Source of the DNA: a virus
Length of the DNA stretch: 64,000 bases
Strand: one strand, 5' to 3'
IMG/VR virus record: IMGVR_UViG_3300045996_000592
Span: 70,156 to 134,155 of that record
Shown: positions 1 through 9,079 of the stretch, piece after piece
How the letters are laid out: the number at the start of each line of letters is the position of its first letter
Numbering within the stretch: the first letter of the stretch is position 1
Made by a program: the position numbers and the translations under genes
Notes under the pieces: generated by a model
What the model saw: the letters and a program-made list of their open reading frames with translations, nothing else
What the model was told of the DNA's origin: nothing
The model's database searches: none

Positions 1-735
1 AAACCGGAACTCTCCTGTAGGGGCCTGCGGTGCCTTTACTATCCTCACCTTTTTAGTGTCTGTCTTATCAGAAGGTACTAGGCGAGGACCGTAAGGGGTC
101 ATAATTAGCTTATCCTTTGACGGTGCCCCTCCATTCTTAAAATACCCGCCGTACTTGGCCTGTACTTCACCTGTGGCATTCACGCCGATCTGGGGTAATC
201 CGTTGGGTAGCCCCTTCATGGCCTCTGTTATAGTAGCCAGTTGAGTCAGTTTCTCCAACCCGTTCTGATAGTTCATCTCTGCGGTCTTCTTGGCTGTCGG
301 GTCAGCGTTTTCATCACCCATAACTGCCTTATATTCGTTCATCTTGTACTGCTTCGAGATATCAGCAGGCGTCATGGGTTTCGTTTTACCGAACAACGCC
401 AGTAACTCAGGGTCTTTTATCTTCATCTTCTTGGTCTGAGGGAAGATATATCCTGACATATTTCCGGCCGTACCACCTTCTGAGTGGGGTTTACCGCCGA
501 AAGTAAAGAGATTTCCATCATCGCTTAAGAGTGTTTCATGACGTTCCGCCTCATAATTCTGCTCTTCTGTACTCACTGGCTGTAACGTAAAGTTCACCCC
601 ATAAGGGTTGTTATCCGTTCTTGGAGCGAAATCAGGACGGGTATCCAGTGAATAGGTCTGGGTAGACGGATTATAGACTTGGCCCCCGTACTTTAGTTCT
701 GGAATACCGGTTATTTTTATCTTCTTCTTAGACAT
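1..735 (-). CDS. crAss-like virion cargo (ejected) protein, 5' part; runs off the window start
   Basis: Open frame from ATG 735 (MSKKKIKITGIPELKYGG...EAERHETL...FGGKPHSEGG...AKYGGYFKNGG); not in the ORF track because it is truncated. Recurrent xxGG motifs and the position downstream of the muzzle gene match crAss cargo genes. Confidence 0.65.
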   Translation of the reverse strand, partial: MSKKKIKITGIPELKYGGQVYNPSTQTYSLDTRPDFAPRTDNNPYGVNFTLQPVSTEEQNYEAERHETLLSDDGNLFTFGGKPHSEGGTAGNMSGYIFPQTKKMKIKDPELLALFGKTKPMTPADISKQYKMNEYKAVMGDENADPTAKKTAEMNYQNGLEKLTQLATITEAMKGLPNGLPQIGVNATGEVQAKYGGYFKNGGAPSKDKLIMTPYGPRLVPSDKTDTKKVRIVKAPQAPTGEFRF

Positions 736-738
736 AGG

Positions 739-1266
739 TTAGTATTTTATAAAACCGATCAACTTAGGGTCAGACATTTTCCTTACACGACGACACACTT
801 CATACCCATCGCGAGAGGATTCATCGTTCGTATTACCTTCTATTGTATATATATTATCTCCCTCCATTCGCTCTACGACACCGATATGTCCCGTAGTAGA
901 AGAGTATTTCATTACGAACTCGGAGCCCGGTGTAATGGCCACCTGGTTTTTCATTACCTGCTCCTTGGTCACCTTCTTGGTTTTATCGGTCCGGTTCCAG
1001 CGGTCAAGTACACCACCGGTCTTAACTACCGGGTTAGTTACCCCGAGTTGTTTGGAAGCCTGTAAATAACACCAATACGTAAAGGCTGCACACCAGGCGT
1101 AACCCCCCTTACTACCGAGGCCGACAGCTTCCTGATACTTTATAGAGTCTCCTTTATTAGTGTGCGCCTTATCCTCGGTCACTCCAAGTTGGGTGATAGC
1201 TATTTCGAGAGCTGTTTGGGATAATGTTTTCTTGCCGGCATTACTGAGTATTGCTGCTGGGTTCAT
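739..1266 (-). CDS. CHAP-domain peptidoglycan hydrolase (endolysin or virion-associated lysin)
   Basis: AWCAAFTYWC (catalytic Cys), GHIGVVE (catalytic His) and IEGNT motifs of CHAP amidases. Confidence 0.85.
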   Translation of the reverse strand: MNPAAILSNAGKKTLSQTALEIAITQLGVTEDKAHTNKGDSIKYQEAVGLGSKGGYAWCAAFTYWCYLQASKQLGVTNPVVKTGGVLDRWNRTDKTKKVTKEQVMKNQVAITPGSEFVMKYSSTTGHIGVVERMEGDNIYTIEGNTNDESSRDGYEVCRRVRKMSDPKLIGFIKY

Positions 1267-1285
1267 AAGATAGGGTTATTTTGGT

Positions 1286-2554
1286 TTATAATTCTTCAAT
1301 AGTATATCCGAGGGCGCGGAGACGTTTTATCTCATCTGGTGTGGCCTCAAACTCTCCGCCGAGTTCGTATTTTCGGGAGCCATCCGGGTTATACAGTTTA
1401 TTACTCACCTCCTCATCACTCGCCCACATAGGTATGTTCTGACTGTTACTGTACCATCCTTTCTGTTGTATAGGAGGTAGTGCAGGAACAGGTACAGGAG
1501 ACATCTGTTGTGGGGTGATAGTAGGTTGAGTTCCTATAGGTAGTTTTTGTAAGGGTTGACCTACTATTACTTTTTGTTTAGGTTGTAAACTTGGAGTAAT
1601 ATACCCAGCCCCTACCTTTTTAGCAGCCTCTACATACTTTTCTAAGTTTTCTTTTGTTGCTGGTAACATACCTATAGTATACGCAGAAAGACTATCCTGA
1701 TAAGCCCTATATCTTGGGTCATTAGGAGAGTCTACATAGATAGGTTGTTTGGTCTTACCCCCTCCCTTGAACATACCACCCATCTCCCCGTAAAACCCGG
1801 GAGTCATCTGGTCAGGGCGGAACGCACCTAACGCAGTACCCGTAGGAACGTAATCTCCTTTAGCGCCGGGAGCATTAACTCGGGCGAAGGCGTTATCACT
1901 CATCCCGGCCTCACGTTGTGCGCCTTCATTATAACGCTGCTGTCTCATTGAGTTGAACATGTTACCCGTAGCTACTGCTGCAGCCCACATATTACCATTA
2001 CCGTGAGTCCACGGGTTCCACCCCTTCTGAGGCTTACTCTGCTGGGTTTGTGGTTGTGCGTTATAGTCCTGATGCTCATTAGGATCATTGAATCCTGATG
2101 CATCCTGCATCTGGCCTTCTTCCCCTGGCTTAGAGGCGTATTCAGAAGATAGCGGCTGGCTCATCTCCCCCGGATTCTGCTGACGATACTCACTATACTT
2201 TTCAGTACGCTCCTGTGCGTTAGGGTCTGGGTTTGGTTGGCTCTGTGGAAGGGCAGGAGCTGGCTGTTCGTTAGCGAACGCACCCTGCCCCCACGGATTT
2301 ACACCACCACCTTCATACTTAGGATAACCCCCGTACTTCATATACTGCTGGAAGTTCATGTTAGAGGTGGCCGGGTTGTAGTTATTGAGGTCTACCTCAC
2401 AACCGTAGTTGCCACCCATAGCGTAGTTCTTAGGGTTACGGATCTGCTTCAGATCGTTAAGGATCATGGCGGCGTAATCCGGTACCACTCCTTCGTGGGC
2501 AAAAAACCCGCCGGACTGGGGACCGTAGGTAGAACCTTTTTTCTTTTTGGTCAT
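1286..2554 (-). CDS. Low-complexity Q/P/G-rich virion cargo protein
   Basis: Likely start is MTKKKK at 2554, 2 nt after the GIY-YIG stop. Contains repeated YAMGG/KYGG/YEGG/EMGG/FKGG/YELGG motifs and lies directly downstream of the muzzle gene. Confidence 0.6.
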   Translation of the reverse strand: MTKKKKGSTYGPQSGGFFAHEGVVPDYAAMILNDLKQIRNPKNYAMGGNYGCEVDLNNYNPATSNMNFQQYMKYGGYPKYEGGGVNPWGQGAFANEQPAPALPQSQPNPDPNAQERTEKYSEYRQQNPGEMSQPLSSEYASKPGEEGQMQDASGFNDPNEHQDYNAQPQTQQSKPQKGWNPWTHGNGNMWAAAVATGNMFNSMRQQRYNEGAQREAGMSDNAFARVNAPGAKGDYVPTGTALGAFRPDQMTPGFYGEMGGMFKGGGKTKQPIYVDSPNDPRYRAYQDSLSAYTIGMLPATKENLEKYVEAAKKVGAGYITPSLQPKQKVIVGQPLQKLPIGTQPTITPQQMSPVPVPALPPIQQKGWYSNSQNIPMWASDEEVSNKLYNPDGSRKYELGGEFEATPDEIKRLRALGYTIEEL

Positions 2555-2556
2555 GT

Positions 2557-2835
2557 CTATATTAGTTTGTCCTCCTGTTTGATAACCCTCTGTTCCATTT
2601 GTACCAACTCCCAAACCTCACAGAGCTCTATGATATCGAACTCGAAGGAGTCCTCACCGTACTTATTCCAGGCGTGCTGGAGATGAGTATTTTCATGATA
2701 ATTATATTTTAGAGTCTTCCTGTGGTTCCCCCAACGGGCTTTGAAGTTATTAGTATAACCAATATATCTTTTACCGTCAACCTTATTAGTAATACAGTAT
2801 ATACCGGACAACTTCCAGATTTCTCTTTCAGTCAT
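2557..2835 (-). mobile_element. Free-standing GIY-YIG homing endonuclease, catalytic domain only (92 aa)
   Basis: SGIYCITNKVDGKRYIG...RWGNH...HENTHLQHAWNKYGEDSFEFDIIE is the I-TevI-like GIY-YIG module; no C-terminal DNA-binding part. Confidence 0.85.
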
Positions 2836-2977
2836 GTTGATAAGGTAAGAACCTAACCCACGGAGAGCTACCCGTTATCATCCAGAGAGAGAGGAAGAGA
2901 AAGGCTCCGCAGGTTAAGTCCTGAATATTTTTAGTAGGGTTATTATCTTGTAGAAAGAGATAACGTAGTAGCTACTA

Positions 2978-3008
2978 ATAATATACTGAAAATACCTGGG
3001 ATGTCAAA
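2978..3008 (-). promoter_or_regulatory. Bacteroidota sigma70-type promoter (-33 TTTG / -7 TATATTAT)
   Basis: Minus strand TTTG-N19-TATATTAT upstream of the GIY-YIG and cargo genes. Confidence 0.6.
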
Positions 3009-3011
3009 GAA

Positions 3012-6000
3012 CTAACGAGGGGAGTACTGAGCCCCGCTACGAGAAAAGTACAGGATATAATTCTTTTCATCACTCACCTTCCGACGTAAAAAAATATTAA
3101 CAGCACGACTTCTTATCTTAATCCTTTCGAACTCACTCTTTAAAACATCTACGTAGAGCGGGTTAACCGTCCAGGTATAACCATTAGCGTCTGTCACGAA
3201 GGGCTCGGTAGTTACATTCCTGTCGTTAGTAATATCCCATAGCGCAGAGAACCTTCTCCAGTCTTCCTTCCACGAGTACAGGATACTGTTAGCTGAAAGA
3301 CCAATGATCGGATACACACTATCGGCGTAAGGGTCGTTAGATTTTGGGAAGAGGTTCAACCACTGGCTTATTTGTGAATCGGTGAACACCAGCGCCTGGT
3401 CAAAGTTCTCTGAAGGGTACTGGTACTTATCGCTACTGTTAGCGCCGTATTTCAGGACGTCCAACCTGTACTCCACATTCCGCAGGGTAGTATTATCAAC
3501 CCCTGATCTTACCGGGTATATAACTTCGAAAGGATAATCCACCCCGTAGAAATTGCAATATAGATCGGTACGTTCGTTATGGCGCCACAGACCCCTATCC
3601 TGAGTAGTGAGGAAGTGACGGGATGTTTCGATGTTATATGAGGGGTGCCAGTCATGGTAACTCGCCCACGCTTTATTCTTACATGAGTATGACACCGTCC
3701 AGCTGGCATCCTCAAAATACAAGGGGTCTCCTAACTGAACGTAAACCGGCGCGGGCCCACCAGCAGGTCCGTAAATAACACACAGGGGATTACCCGATGA
3801 GTCATAACCGGCAAAACCTGACCCGGGAGGACACGGCCCCAGGCTGAACCCCTTACCGGGAACATAGGTCATCGGTTCCTTTGGTTTGTAGTCTTTCTTA
3901 CAGATGTACAGGGTCTCGTTCATGCTGTCGTAGATACACTGTACCCCGACACCGATAACCGGGTTGTCTATGTGGGGATAGGCCGGAAACGTGGTGGCGA
4001 TATAAGAAGGAAGGTACTTGGCGAACCAGTACTTCATCCCGTCTTTCGCAATCTCGTTCAGCCCTTCCCCGGAATAGTGGAACACCTTCCCTGCTTGCTG
4101 GCTTACCCAGAATATACCGAAGGGAGTAGAGATAATACTCATCCTCGACCGGCAGTTGGCGTACTGGAAGGACTTATCCGCGTTGACAATATTCTGTAAC
4201 GGCTGGTTGAACAGTCCGCCGTCCCCTATGGTTATCTTGGTGTTACCTGAGGTCTGGAGTGTGTCTGAACCATATACCATCAAAGGACTCTCTTCTTTCT
4301 GGAAGAACAGGGAGCCGGTCTTGTTGACACCCTTTATCGCTGTGACCGGGGTATTGAAGTCTTTGTAGTTGTTGGCTAGGAACACCCGCCAGTTATCTTT
4401 ACGGAACTCCTCGGACTGAGGCAGGCTGTACGCCACTCGGCGGGGATAATACTGGAAACAGGTGTAGGCCAGATCCGGATCATAATCCCTTCCAAGTGTC
4501 CTACCAAATGATATATACTGGGTGTAGAACTTATTCACCCCGAGGGATGGGTCCAGCTTGTAGAACGGTTCCGCCTTCATGTTATCCGACCGGAACATAT
4601 AATCCGTGTCCGTGAAGGTATAAGGATCGTAAAATCTCTTGGTTATGTCGTCTTCCCAGTCCCTGTAGTGCGCCGGCGCCTCAGCTTCTACGAAGAAATC
4701 ACGTACCCCATTACAGGACAGGTAGAAGTACCCCTTGGCCACGTAGAACGGGCTTACCGTTAACCCCGCGGAAATACTACCACCAAAGGTATGGACATCT
4801 AAATGTCTGTATCTATGAGCTACGTTCAGGAGGTCCGAGTAAATCTTCCGGTTATCCATCCAGTAACATGGGTAAGGGATATTAATGTAGTTCCTGTAGT
4901 CGTATGCGTAGTCCTCAGATTCTCCAAGTAACCAGTCGTTAAAAAACAGGAATGGATTTTTCTCAGTATAACGAACCACGTATGTATCACCACCAAACAA
5001 TATGTCCGTATTTACCGGTTGCGTGGGATTGGCCGGCAGTACACAGGATATTGGTAATTGGCGCGGAGAGTCTACCTGTCCGTACTGAGTAGCAAGGTTG
5101 AACTTGATACCACCATAGTAGCAGGAAGCGTCCCGATACACGGTAAAGAAAGAGCTCTTGATATTCGAAGACCCTGCAGCCAGACCATCGGTCTTTAAGG
5201 TAAACCGGGTGGTATCCTGCAGAGTTGGATCTGATAACAGGTAAGGTGTACCGGCAGTCGTAGTTAACTGTACAACCAGGTATGGGTTCCTGAACAGGTT
5301 ATTTATCGTGAACTGCGAGAAGCTGGATATATGTCCGGAAATATACTGGTAGTTACTCACTACTCCGGTTGGGGCCGTAGCCGCAGGTAGGTACCGGAAG
5401 TTATGATAAAGAGCGTGAGAGTTATACTGCGCGGAGTATTGGACGCCGGGAATCAACCCTGATATTACTCTTAATATTTGTTCAGACACAACCTTGAACT
5501 GGATCGGCGCTATTAGTGCAGCCATTATCCCGTTATACGCTACCTGGGCTAAATAGACAGGTGTAGATAAAGCTCCGAGCGCGTCACTTGGGTAGTTCGT
5601 GTTTATCATCAACGGAGTCTGCCACGGAATATCTGAGGTGCTGTCCAACTTTAGATCATACCCTGTAACAGCCGCTACTATAGGGGCTATCGCAGCCATC
5701 GTCCCTATGATAATACCAATCACGCTGTCAAAATCCGTAGGTGTCTTGAACATCGGGTGACGGTAAGGGACCGTAAACGCACCTTCACTCCTACCATTCA
5801 ATTCCTGGTAGATCTTGAAACCCGGCTCCCCTAAGAACGGACGGTTGAATGTAGTATCGGGACTATGGAAGGAGAATATGTCTTTCCTGTACGCTGACAG
5901 GGGTGCGGTATTCTTATCGTTAACACTGCCTTGGTCTATCTGGTTCTTATCCGCTGTCAGGAACGGATCAGGTCTGAGGTCGTTAAAAGGATAGTTCTGG

Positions 6001-7655
6001 TATAACCCTTTTTGTGATGAGCCGGGAATATCATACTCCCTCATGTTGTTCCACATACCCTTAGCAATAACAGTCTTGTTACCTTCACGGGAACCGCGGA
6101 GTATCTCGTAACCCACTATGTTCGGGATAGGAACATTATTGTTATCTACAGGGTGCTGTATGTTCTCGAAAAACACCCCTAGTACCCGGATCACGTTCTG
6201 GCCGGTAGGGGCCTGCATGAAGTGGGTCAGCTCCGGGTTAACCGTTTGGTCGGGAAACTTATGATGCCTGATCTTCTTACCGCAAAGGTCCCATTCCGGG
6301 TGGCCGAGAACATTCGAGTTCCACACGTTCGGTTTATCATCAGGGTAAATGTCCTGAGACTCCCAGAACCCCATGAGACCGGTAGACTTTATCACACCGC
6401 CGTCCGCGGTAGTACCTAAACCACCGGTTACGATAAGGCTCTGCACCTGCGCGGTATTTATGGTCTGCCACCCTGTGTCCCACGCGGGGTTAAAAGCTCT
6501 ACCCGGTATATGGTAAGATGCAGATTTATCACCGGTAGTGTATACCCATCTTATCCAGTAGCAGTACTGCTCATCCCTAAGATAGGCGTAGTTATTACCG
6601 CCGTTCCTGTAGTACCGTTCGTCGTATTCTACACACGCCCACTTAGCCGTGATCTGGTTAGCTAACGGTTGGTAGTTAAAATCAGGTTTAGTGTAGATGC
6701 CGTTCCTGAGCAGGTAGTTGTTTATCGACCAGATACTGTCCGATTTTTCGTAGGCCGGCGTTTGTAACGGAATGAGGCTGATGTCTACCGTTGGTAGTGT
6801 AGCGTCTATGTTGTCTATGTAGATGGTCTTCTCATGCGTGGAGAAGATACCGAGTCTTTTAGCCTGCAGCTGGGAGTTCACAAAGGAGATAACGACTACC
6901 TCCATCTCGTTGAACTCGTCATCCGTCCCATCTACGCTAAGAGTTACTGCACCAGCGATATTACCGTGGGCCCAGATAGCCTGTGGGTTGGATACACACA
7001 GGTAGTCTGTTACCTTGATAGAGTTTACCGCATAAGCGATCGCCACCTGGTAAGTGCCGTTCGGAAGTGTCCCTGACCCGGCCGCTTTATTCAACCTGAG
7101 GCAGGGAATATTCAGCAGCGGGGCTATCCGTAACTTATCACAGTCGAGAACAGTCGTGTTGACACAAGTGATACATCCGCCTACTGTGGTGCAATTCTGT
7201 ACCCATGGTACGTTAGCGGTATCCATCACCCTGTCGGGGTTCCTGCCGCCGTCTGACCAGTACACATTAAATCCGCAGTTATAGTTCCTGCGGGCTGCGC
7301 CGGTTATCAGGTTCTGCCGGTTAAAGTTCAGGCAAGACTGGTTATTGGTAAGGCTGGTGTAGGTACACTGTGAGGTATCGGCTATACCGATCTCAGAGTT
7401 AATGTCGTCTGTAGTAAATACCACCCATTGGTCACCTTCTAACGGTATAGCGCCGATCAGGGTGTACGGCAGGTTCATACAGAACTTCGTGGCCTGTTCA
7501 TTACTGAGGGTATAATAATCCCCGGTATGGCTGTTAACCACGGCGTTCCGGGCAAAAGAATACGCCCCCTCGGGTAAGAAGGTACCACTCTCATCTTTTC
7601 TCATTCCTTTATAGAACGAGTTTATAGGCTGACCGTTATTTGTATTCTCTGACAA
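3012..7655 (-). CDS. Tail muzzle / stabilisation protein (P22 gp10-like, crAss type)
   Basis: 1547 aa with TTG start; N-terminal FYKGMRKD..LPEGAYSFARN; IRHHKFPD, GYEILRGSR, FSFHSPD, FGGDTYV and WASYHDW motifs; follows the ring gene as in crAss-like genomes. Confidence 0.8.
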   Translation of the reverse strand: MSENTNNGQPINSFYKGMRKDESGTFLPEGAYSFARNAVVNSHTGDYYTLSNEQATKFCMNLPYTLIGAIPLEGDQWVVFTTDDINSEIGIADTSQCTYTSLTNNQSCLNFNRQNLITGAARRNYNCGFNVYWSDGGRNPDRVMDTANVPWVQNCTTVGGCITCVNTTVLDCDKLRIAPLLNIPCLRLNKAAGSGTLPNGTYQVAIAYAVNSIKVTDYLCVSNPQAIWAHGNIAGAVTLSVDGTDDEFNEMEVVVISFVNSQLQAKRLGIFSTHEKTIYIDNIDATLPTVDISLIPLQTPAYEKSDSIWSINNYLLRNGIYTKPDFNYQPLANQITAKWACVEYDERYYRNGGNNYAYLRDEQYCYWIRWVYTTGDKSASYHIPGRAFNPAWDTGWQTINTAQVQSLIVTGGLGTTADGGVIKSTGLMGFWESQDIYPDDKPNVWNSNVLGHPEWDLCGKKIRHHKFPDQTVNPELTHFMQAPTGQNVIRVLGVFFENIQHPVDNNNVPIPNIVGYEILRGSREGNKTVIAKGMWNNMREYDIPGSSQKGLYQNYPFNDLRPDPFLTADKNQIDQGSVNDKNTAPLSAYRKDIFSFHSPDTTFNRPFLGEPGFKIYQELNGRSEGAFTVPYRHPMFKTPTDFDSVIGIIIGTMAAIAPIVAAVTGYDLKLDSTSDIPWQTPLMINTNYPSDALGALSTPVYLAQVAYNGIMAALIAPIQFKVVSEQILRVISGLIPGVQYSAQYNSHALYHNFRYLPAATAPTGVVSNYQYISGHISSFSQFTINNLFRNPYLVVQLTTTAGTPYLLSDPTLQDTTRFTLKTDGLAAGSSNIKSSFFTVYRDASCYYGGIKFNLATQYGQVDSPRQLPISCVLPANPTQPVNTDILFGGDTYVVRYTEKNPFLFFNDWLLGESEDYAYDYRNYINIPYPCYWMDNRKIYSDLLNVAHRYRHLDVHTFGGSISAGLTVSPFYVAKGYFYLSCNGVRDFFVEAEAPAHYRDWEDDITKRFYDPYTFTDTDYMFRSDNMKAEPFYKLDPSLGVNKFYTQYISFGRTLGRDYDPDLAYTCFQYYPRRVAYSLPQSEEFRKDNWRVFLANNYKDFNTPVTAIKGVNKTGSLFFQKEESPLMVYGSDTLQTSGNTKITIGDGGLFNQPLQNIVNADKSFQYANCRSRMSIISTPFGIFWVSQQAGKVFHYSGEGLNEIAKDGMKYWFAKYLPSYIATTFPAYPHIDNPVIGVGVQCIYDSMNETLYICKKDYKPKEPMTYVPGKGFSLGPCPPGSGFAGYDSSGNPLCVIYGPAGGPAPVYVQLGDPLYFEDASWTVSYSCKNKAWASYHDWHPSYNIETSRHFLTTQDRGLWRHNERTDLYCNFYGVDYPFEVIYPVRSGVDNTTLRNVEYRLDVLKYGANSSDKYQYPSENFDQALVFTDSQISQWLNLFPKSNDPYADSVYPIIGLSANSILYSWKEDWRRFSALWDITNDRNVTTEPFVTDANGYTWTVNPLYVDVLKSEFERIKIRSRAVNIFLRRKVSDEKNYILYFSRSGAQYSPR

Positions 7656-7677
7656 GGGTAGGGGGTGATTTTCCCGG

Positions 7678-7708
7678 GTTGGTTATTTAAGAACTTTATT
7701 TACTTTTA
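7678..7708 (+). promoter_or_regulatory. Putative Bacteroidota-type promoter for the plus-strand lipoprotein pair
   Basis: GTTG-N19-TACTTTTA, 21 nt before ATG 7730. Confidence 0.4.
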
Positions 7709-7729
7709 CTCTCTAAACTTTTTGTCCAC

Positions 7730-8152
7730 ATGAGGAACTTCATTCTTTTATTCTTGTTGTCAGTAGTGGTCGGGTGTACTAAAAAATCTTCTTCGACTTC
7801 ACCATCACTTAATACTACAGAAACTAAACTGGTGGGAACCTGGTTCAAGACTAAGGAAATCGACACGACCGGGTTAGGTGTTCAGACTCACACTTACAGC
7901 GGGAATACTAATTACCTTCAGTTTAAAGAAGAATCCTACGGCTACACAAAGGACTCTAAACTCCTGATCTATGCTCCAACTTTACTGATAGACGCCGGTA
8001 CTACAGGTGGTACAACAGGACAGGGTTACTGGTATTATGATGACGCTACTTCCTATCTCACTATGGTCACCAAGAAGGTGAAAATAGTTAGTATTACGAG
8101 TTCCGATTTAGTACTGCAGGTAGACCACTCGTTGTTGTACTACAAAAAATAA
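7730..8152 (+). CDS. Lipoprotein, lipocalin-like beta barrel
   Basis: Signal peptidase II signal (MRNFILLFLLSVVVG-C-TKK), then KLVGTW and KIVSITSSDLVL, typical of Bacteroidota lipocalin-like lipoproteins. Confidence 0.7.
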   Translation: MRNFILLFLLSVVVGCTKKSSSTSPSLNTTETKLVGTWFKTKEIDTTGLGVQTHTYSGNTNYLQFKEESYGYTKDSKLLIYAPTLLIDAGTTGGTTGQGYWYYDDATSYLTMVTKKVKIVSITSSDLVLQVDHSLLYYKK

Positions 8153-8164
8153 AGAACTCTCCCG

Positions 8165-8722
8165 GTGACGAACTTGGTCAATATTAAGGTCTCTACACCT
8201 TTGACTCCAATAGAGGAGTTCAAGAAACAGATAGGACTGAATGTGATTCAGTTCAATAAAACCACAAATAGTACCCACCAATTCGCTACACTACCAAACG
8301 GCCGGTCTATTTTTATGTCCACCATAGACAGTGCGAAACCCTTATATATTTCGGCCCTCACAGGACTTCCAAATAGACCAGACCTCATGGGTGTGCTGTG
8401 GGTAGTTAATAAGAACTCTGCCGGAGAAGGCTTTGTTTCACTGGATGCTTCCCTTATTAATAAGATGATAGGTTTTAGGGATTACTATCGCTCAGTCGGT
8501 GGAAAAGAAGTTACTGTCAAAAGACATTTAGTACCAGGGAAGGGGTATCAAAAGCTGGTAGTACTTCAGTCCCGACTTCCTCAAACAGTTTACTTCCAGC
8601 TATCGCATACAGTTCCGACAAACATTAACTCATCCTTATTCACAGATCCGACTTATTTTGTGTTCTTCAGTGATGACAACGGTTGGTGGTTGACCAAACA
8701 GAATCTGGGTGTTGTTTTATAA
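8165..8722 (+). CDS. Hypothetical protein; N-half homologous to ORF 52597-52848
   Basis: GTG start; FKKQIGLNVIQF...LPNGRSIFM...DSAKPLYI...LMGVLWVVN aligns by eye with the 83-aa protein at 52597. Confidence 0.7.
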   Translation: MTNLVNIKVSTPLTPIEEFKKQIGLNVIQFNKTTNSTHQFATLPNGRSIFMSTIDSAKPLYISALTGLPNRPDLMGVLWVVNKNSAGEGFVSLDASLINKMIGFRDYYRSVGGKEVTVKRHLVPGKGYQKLVVLQSRLPQTVYFQLSHTVPTNINSSLFTDPTYFVFFSDDNGWWLTKQNLGVVL

Positions 8723-8725
8723 AAC

Positions 8726-9079
8726 TCAAAGAACTTCTATCTCTTTACTTTTCAGGTACCCAAACACCCTCTCAGCTATAAACCCGGCTGTCCACGCGGA
8801 AGACTCTTCCTCGAAGATATTACGGTCCCTCATTAGCTGTGTGGCCGCGTGATACAACTCATGGACAACAGTGTTATACGTGAGGTGGTTCTCATCTATC
8901 ACTATATGGTAGAGGTCCATCGAGAAGGTTATCATCATCCCTGCAACCGTGTCCTTATAAACCTGGTTGGTGTTATGTTTCCTGAATATCCGGTTGATCA
9001 CCTTACGCGCATCCCGGGCTACTGTGAAGTGTACCTTAGCTGCGTATAGCGGTATATCGAACGTTACGGATATCTTCAT
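8726..9079 (-). CDS. Small zincin-like metallopeptidase
   Basis: VVHELYHAA (HExxH) followed by EESSAW. Confidence 0.6.
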   Translation of the reverse strand: MKISVTFDIPLYAAKVHFTVARDARKVINRIFRKHNTNQVYKDTVAGMMITFSMDLYHIVIDENHLTYNTVVHELYHAATQLMRDRNIFEEESSAWTAGFIAERVFGYLKSKEIEVL

